Origin: Halothiobacillaceae bacterium
GTDB lineage: Bacteria > Pseudomonadota > Gammaproteobacteria > Halothiobacillales > Halothiobacillaceae
Direction: 5' to 3'
Length of the DNA: 64,000 nt
Assembly (NCBI GenBank): GCA_050178405.1
Contig: JBFXGB010000002.1
Span: forward strand, 4,017-68,016
In this document: one piece after another, positions 59,644 to 64,000 of the stretch
Numbering within the stretch: the stretch's first letter is position 1
Layout: every line of letters starts with the position of its first letter
Notes under the pieces: model-generated
The model's input: only the letters and a program-made list of their open reading frames with translations
Databases searched by the model: none
Told to the model about the DNA's origin: nothing
Position numbers and translations under genes: made by a program

Positions 59644-60768
59644 TTAAGAGCCTGCCATTTCAAGCTCATACCCCTCCAACACGCCACTTTGCAAAGCCTG
59701 ATAAAAATCATGCTGTTTGGCAAACACCACATCCCACTGAAAGTTTTGCTCGACCCGCAAACGCGCCGCCCGCCCCATGCTTTGCCAGTCTTGCGCGAAT
59801 AAATCGCGCACCGCCTGTGCAAAACTCGCTGCATCACGCGGCTTGGCCAGAACCCCGACATCAGGGGTAATCAGCTCAGGCAAAGCACCGCCGCGCACTC
59901 CAACCACCGGCAACCCCGAGGCCATGCCTTCCAACACAATCAAGCCAAAGGTTTCCTGATCGCCCGCATGAACCATGGCATCACTTGAGGCCAGATAGTG
60001 CGCCAACTGTACACTGTCACAAAATTCGCCATACGCCGTCACATTGGGCAGACTTGACGGCGGCATATCCGGCCCAATCAACAACAAATGATAGTCCGCA
60101 CCCAAGAGGCGCATGGCATCAAGCAAAATGTCGATATTTTTCTCACGCGCATAACGCCCAGCAAACACCAACAGGCGTACATTATCTTTAATTTTTAGCC
60201 ACTCGCGCACCATGGGAAGCTGCAAGGTCGGACTGAATTTTTCCGCATCTACCCCAAGCGGCTGCCAAACCACATGCCCCAAACCCAACTCACGCATCCG
60301 ATTTGCAAGCGCAAGACTGGGCACCTGCACCGCATCAAACGCCGCGTATAAATTCAACAAATATTTCTGCGCACGCATCCCCGCCCAGCCGCCAAAACGC
60401 TGCTCCACCAAACGCGGCAAATCCGAGTGCATAAACGCCGTCGCAGGAACACCCAAACGCTCCGCCGCAAGCAGCGCAGCCCGTGCCAAACGGTAAGGAT
60501 CACCCGCTTCAATCACATCCGGCGCTAACTCCAACAGGGCATTCACCCAGGGTTTCCGCCGCAGTGGAAAACGATACCCATGACTAAAGGGCAACATCGG
60601 CGCGGGGATTAGCCAGTGATTGCCGCGCTTGGCCATCGAAGCACCGGGACTCAACAAGGTATATTGCTCACCCGCCTGATTTGCCGCCCAACGGCGCTTG
60701 GCACGCAAATAACGCCGCACGCCGCCACCGTGGGCGGTGTAAAACATGGTGACATCACAAACGTGCAT
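59644..60768 (-). CDS. GT-B (family 4 / group 1) glycosyltransferase
   Basis: DVTMFY...GGVRRYL, FAGRYAREKN, ETFGLIVLEGMASGLPVV. Confidence 0.92.
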   Translation of the reverse strand: MHVCDVTMFYTAHGGGVRRYLRAKRRWAANQAGEQYTLLSPGASMAKRGNHWLIPAPMLPFSHGYRFPLRRKPWVNALLELAPDVIEAGDPYRLARAALLAAERLGVPATAFMHSDLPRLVEQRFGGWAGMRAQKYLLNLYAAFDAVQVPSLALANRMRELGLGHVVWQPLGVDAEKFSPTLQLPMVREWLKIKDNVRLLVFAGRYAREKNIDILLDAMRLLGADYHLLLIGPDMPPSSLPNVTAYGEFCDSVQLAHYLASSDAMVHAGDQETFGLIVLEGMASGLPVVGVRGGALPELITPDVGVLAKPRDAASFAQAVRDLFAQDWQSMGRAARLRVEQNFQWDVVFAKQHDFYQALQSGVLEGYELEMAGS

Positions 60769-60808
60769 GGATTGAAGCGACCTATAGCGTATTAAAAGTT
60801 TTACGAGC

Positions 60809-61354
60809 TTATATCAAACTCAAACCAAACTGCACCAACAGCAACAACACAAACACCACAACGCCCGCGACAATATCGTCCAGCATAATGCCTAAGCCGC
60901 CATGTAAATGCGTATCGCACCAGCCTATTGGGCCTGGTTTTAGAATATCGAACACACGAAACAACGCCACCGCAGCCAGCACCCACAGCCACTCATTACG
61001 CCACTCAAGCAAAGGTGCATGACTTATCGGCACAGCCCCCAGCGCAATCCACACCCCAACCCACTCATCCCACACAATCCCACCCGGATCAAGATTGGGA
61101 TCAGTCTCGCCGCCCATCCGCCGCGCCGCCTCGCCACACAGCCAAATCCCCCCCACGCCCGCCAGCAACACCACGCCCCAATACAGCGGCAAGGACAACT
61201 GAACCAGCAACAACCAAGGCAGAAGCGCCGCCAAAGTGCCCAATGTCCCCGGAGCTTTAGGCGCAAGCCCGCTGCCCAAACCGTGCGCAAGCAACAGCAC
61301 GGGGTCACGCACAATCGCACTCGCGGGTAAGGCAGGATTAGACGAAATGGTCAT
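60809..61354 (-). CDS. pgpA: Phosphatidylglycerophosphatase A
   Basis: GLGSGLAPKAPGTLGT, DPGGIVWDEWVG, FRVFDILKPGPI, GIMLDDIVAG; start set at 61354. Confidence 0.96.
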   Translation of the reverse strand: MTISSNPALPASAIVRDPVLLLAHGLGSGLAPKAPGTLGTLAALLPWLLLVQLSLPLYWGVVLLAGVGGIWLCGEAARRMGGETDPNLDPGGIVWDEWVGVWIALGAVPISHAPLLEWRNEWLWVLAAVALFRVFDILKPGPIGWCDTHLHGGLGIMLDDIVAGVVVFVLLLLVQFGLSLI

Positions 61355-62300
61355 GCCCTTCTTTCTCCAAAACCAAAAAAGACCCATCGGCACGCCGCAA
61401 ACGCAAACCCGCCTCGGCTTCAATGCGCCCAATCAGCGTCACCTGTTCCGGCAAGCTATTCACACAAGACAAGGCTTCAGGCGGCAAGGTAAACAACAAC
61501 TCATAATCATCCCCCCCCGCCAACTGCGCGTTCCAAGCCTCCTGCTGCGGCACGGCATCAATCAGTGCAGAGCGCGGCAAGTTCGCCAGTTCAATGCACG
61601 CACCGACTCCACTTGCCGCCAGAATATGCCCCAAATCCTGCGCCAGCCCATCCGAAATATCCACGGCACTGGACGCAACATCGCGCAACGCCAAACCCAG
61701 AGCCACGCGCGGACTAGGACGATGCAAACGCGCCAAGGCTTGAGCCGCTAAATTTTCAGGCAAGCGCAAATGCCCCAAACGCTGCGCCAAACCCAAAGCC
61801 GCCTCGCCTGGCACACCGCTCACCGCAATCCAATCGCCCACTTTGGCCCCTGAACGCAACATAGCCTTGCTTGCACTCGCGGGACGTTCACCCAGCGCCG
61901 TAATACTGAAACTAAGCGCACCGCGCACCGTGTCTCCACCCACCAAACGCACCTTGTGCTGCTGCGCCAAGCTCAACAACCCGCGCGCAAACGCCGCAAG
62001 CCACGCTTCATCCACCGCAGGCAAACTCAGATTGAGCGTAAACCAGCGCGGCAATGCCCCCATCGCCGCCAAATCGCTTAAATTCACCGCCAATGCCTTG
62101 TGCCCCAAGCCTGCCGCATCATCATCTTCCAGAAAATGCACCCCCACCATCAAAGTGTCGGTAGTCACCGCCAGATGATGTCCGGACGTGGGCAGCAAAA
62201 GCGCGCAATCATCCCCAATACCGAGCGCCACGCCCGCCTCGGCCTCATCGAACGATTTATGGAAAAAAGCGCGAATCAGCTCAAATTCACCCATGCGCAA
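61338..62300 (-). CDS. thiL: Thiamine-monophosphate kinase
   Basis: GEFELI, GIGDDCA, AVNLSDLAAMGA, LVGGDT, DISDGL, GGDDYELLFT. Confidence 0.97.
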   Translation of the reverse strand: MRMGEFELIRAFFHKSFDEAEAGVALGIGDDCALLLPTSGHHLAVTTDTLMVGVHFLEDDDAAGLGHKALAVNLSDLAAMGALPRWFTLNLSLPAVDEAWLAAFARGLLSLAQQHKVRLVGGDTVRGALSFSITALGERPASASKAMLRSGAKVGDWIAVSGVPGEAALGLAQRLGHLRLPENLAAQALARLHRPSPRVALGLALRDVASSAVDISDGLAQDLGHILAASGVGACIELANLPRSALIDAVPQQEAWNAQLAGGDDYELLFTLPPEALSCVNSLPEQVTLIGRIEAEAGLRLRRADGSFLVLEKEGHDHFV

Positions 62301-62342
62301 GCTCCGAGAAATGCCCAGCCCCGTAAAAGGTCAGCTCCGTGA

Positions 62343-62455
62343 AACGCTGATTCAATCGTTATTGCGAGCGCAGCGAAGCAATCCAAGGCCACGACTGCCG
62401 CACGATGGATTGCCACGGCCGCCGGCCTCGCAATGACGACGAATAAATTAGTGTT
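62343..62455. repeat. CGTC-tagged REP inside an outer inverted repeat (copy of 41289-41398)
   Basis: CGTTATTGCGAG ... CTCGCAATGACG followed by acgaataaattagtgt. Confidence 0.85.
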
Positions 62456-62473
62456 TGCGTCAGTCCCATATCT

Positions 62474-62546
62474 GTAGGAGTAAGCGTGCCCACAAAGGCA
62501 TTCCTACGCATTCGGCAAGGCTTTTCGCAGCCAAGACCGCTCCCAC
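62474..62546. repeat. Degenerate GTAG-type REP
   Basis: gtaggag ... ttcctac hairpin and gaccgctcccac end. Confidence 0.5.
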
Positions 62547-62577
62547 GGGACAGGTATCGAAATCAATCAGCGCATCC

Positions 62578-63051
62578 TTACAATGACTTAAACTCCGCCG
62601 CACGCAAACCCGGCACCAATTTATCGAGCACACCATTCACAAAACCGTGGCTTCCCTCTGCGCCGAACATCTTGCCCAGCTCAATCGCCTCGTTCATCAC
62701 CACACGATACGGCATATCCAAACACTCTCGCAGCTCAAACGCCCCCACCCACAGCACGGCGTGTTCAATCGGATCAACCTCATCAATGGAGCGGCTCACC
62801 AAGGGCGCAAGCAAGGCATCCAACTCATGCCTCGTGCTAACAATGCCGTGCAGCAGCTTGCGGAAATGCTCCAAGTCTGCTTTCAGAATATCCGGCTCCT
62901 GCATAAATTGAGCTTCCAACTCCACCATGCTGGTTGGATTGACTTGCAGTTGATACAAAGCCTGAATGACCTTACGCCGCGAACGGCGACGCGCCGCCAT
63001 TCCCGGTGGAGCCGGGCGGGCGCGCTTGAATTTTGAAGCAGGTTCAGTCAC
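62578..63051 (-). CDS. nusB: Transcription antitermination factor NusB
   Basis: ARRRSRRKVIQALYQ, EAIELGKMFGAEGSHGFVNGVLD; GTG start at 63051. Confidence 0.96.
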   Translation of the reverse strand: MTEPASKFKRARPAPPGMAARRRSRRKVIQALYQLQVNPTSMVELEAQFMQEPDILKADLEHFRKLLHGIVSTRHELDALLAPLVSRSIDEVDPIEHAVLWVGAFELRECLDMPYRVVMNEAIELGKMFGAEGSHGFVNGVLDKLVPGLRAAEFKSL

Positions 63052-63052
63052 A

Positions 63053-63529
63053 TCAAACCTCAATTTGATCGAGCAAATTGACCATTTCAATCGCCGTCAT
63101 CGCCGATTCAAACCCCTTGTTGCCCGCCTTGGTTCCGGCGCGCTCAATCGCCTGTTCAATGGTATCGGTGGTCAACACGCCAAACACCACCGGCAAGCCA
63201 AAATCCAAGCTTACGCTGGACAAACCCTTGGCCGCTTCACCGGCCACATAATCAAAATGCGCCGTAGAGCCGCGAATCACCGCGCCCAGGGCGATAATTG
63301 CATCGCAATCCGCACGTGCCGCAACTTTTTGCGCCACCAGCGGCAATTCATACGCGCCCGGCACGCGCACGATGCGGATGTTTTCATCCTTCACGCCATG
63401 ACGCTTAAGACCATCCAACGCACCCGCGAGCAAAGACTCGCAAATAAACCCATTAAAACGCGTCACCAAAATAACAAAGCGACCGGCTTCAATGGTCAAG
63501 CCGCCTTCAATCGTCCGAATCGTGCTCAT
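63053..63529 (-). CDS. ribH: 6,7-dimethyl-8-ribityllumazine synthase
   Basis: [38 protein letters not shown]. Confidence 0.98.
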   Translation of the reverse strand: MSTIRTIEGGLTIEAGRFVILVTRFNGFICESLLAGALDGLKRHGVKDENIRIVRVPGAYELPLVAQKVAARADCDAIIALGAVIRGSTAHFDYVAGEAAKGLSSVSLDFGLPVVFGVLTTDTIEQAIERAGTKAGNKGFESAMTAIEMVNLLDQIEV

Positions 63530-63540
63530 AAAATTGTTCC

Positions 63541-64000
63541 TTAATCAGAAATATAGTCAACCGCTTCCAAGCCAAAGCCTGCAAGCGCATGGAAACGTTT
63601 GGGTGCTGACATGACGTGCATCTTGCGCACACCCAAATCAAGCAAAATTTGCGCACCTATGCCGTAAGTACGCTGATCTTGCGCCGCGCCATCGCCTAGT
63701 TTGTCATCCACGCGCTGGCTCATAGCCTGCATTTGAATGCGGCGCACCAAATCGCGCGGCTCCTCGGTCGGGCGCAACAACACCAACACCCCGCATTCGG
63801 CTTGCGCAATACGTTGCAGCGCGTCATCAATCGGCCAACCGCACCCCGTCTCGCCATACAGCACATCGCAAAGCGTATTTTGCACCTGCACACGCACCAC
63901 GGTCGGCGTATCTCCCTTGGGCACGCCTTTGACCAAAGCTAAATGCACCAAGCCATCCACACTATCCTGATAGGCGTGCAAGCGGAACTCGCCAAAGCGC
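63541..64000 (-). CDS. ribB: C-terminal GTP cyclohydrolase II-like domain of RibB/RibBX; 5' part outside the window
   Basis: [30 protein letters not shown]; open to the window edge; upstream of ribH; Zn-binding Cys pattern appears incomplete. Confidence 0.88.
   Translation of the reverse strand, partial: RFGEFRLHAYQDSVDGLVHLALVKGVPKGDTPTVVRVQVQNTLCDVLYGETGCGWPIDDALQRIAQAECGVLVLLRPTEEPRDLVRRIQMQAMSQRVDDKLGDGAAQDQRTYGIGAQILLDLGVRKMHVMSAPKRFHALAGFGLEAVDYISD

Noticed and set aside
1-64000. CRISPR array, tRNA or rRNA genes, riboswitch, integrase or transposase
   Set aside because: No regularly spaced direct repeats, cloverleaf or recognisable recombinase ORF seen; the dispersed repeats are palindromic and irregularly spaced

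Overview
Chromosomal window of a moderately GC-rich proteobacterium. The gene set and order (gnd-zwf-pgi, PEP carboxylase, Rnf complex, cbb3 oxidase, System II cytochrome c maturation with cytochrome c4) suggest a microaerophilic, possibly sulfur-oxidizing Gamma/Betaproteobacterium; this taxonomy is inference only. The left end holds the 5' part of a type I-C CRISPR-Cas operon (cas3-cas5c-cas8c-cas7, truncated by the window edge; no array in the window), with a clear internal RBS and ATG for a hidden Cas11c inside cas8c. The rest is mostly housekeeping: ubiE-ubiJ-ubiB, valS, rnfABC-DGE, cinA, ccoNOQP, bioHC, scpAB, yciO/yciB/yciI, ppiC, gph, rmuC, rluB, purEK, ndh, dsbA-resC-resB-c4, engB, pgpA-thiL-nusB-ribH-ribB. 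Accessory genes are Mrr, an orphan HicB, an antitoxin-like/DUF433/PIN block between valS and arfB, two extra genes inside the rnf operon, and a pair of squalene/phytoene-synthase-fold proteins lacking the Asp-rich motifs. The most striking non-gene signal is a set of at least five small palindromic repeat or MITE families in many intergenic gaps, often nested. One MITE has 13-bp TIRs (TAGGACTTACGCA), 5-bp target duplications and variable hairpin cargo, and its cargo also sits in-frame inside valS. A ~900-bp head-to-head composite palindrome shows compensatory base changes. All calls come from reading the sequence and recognising motifs; no database search was run.
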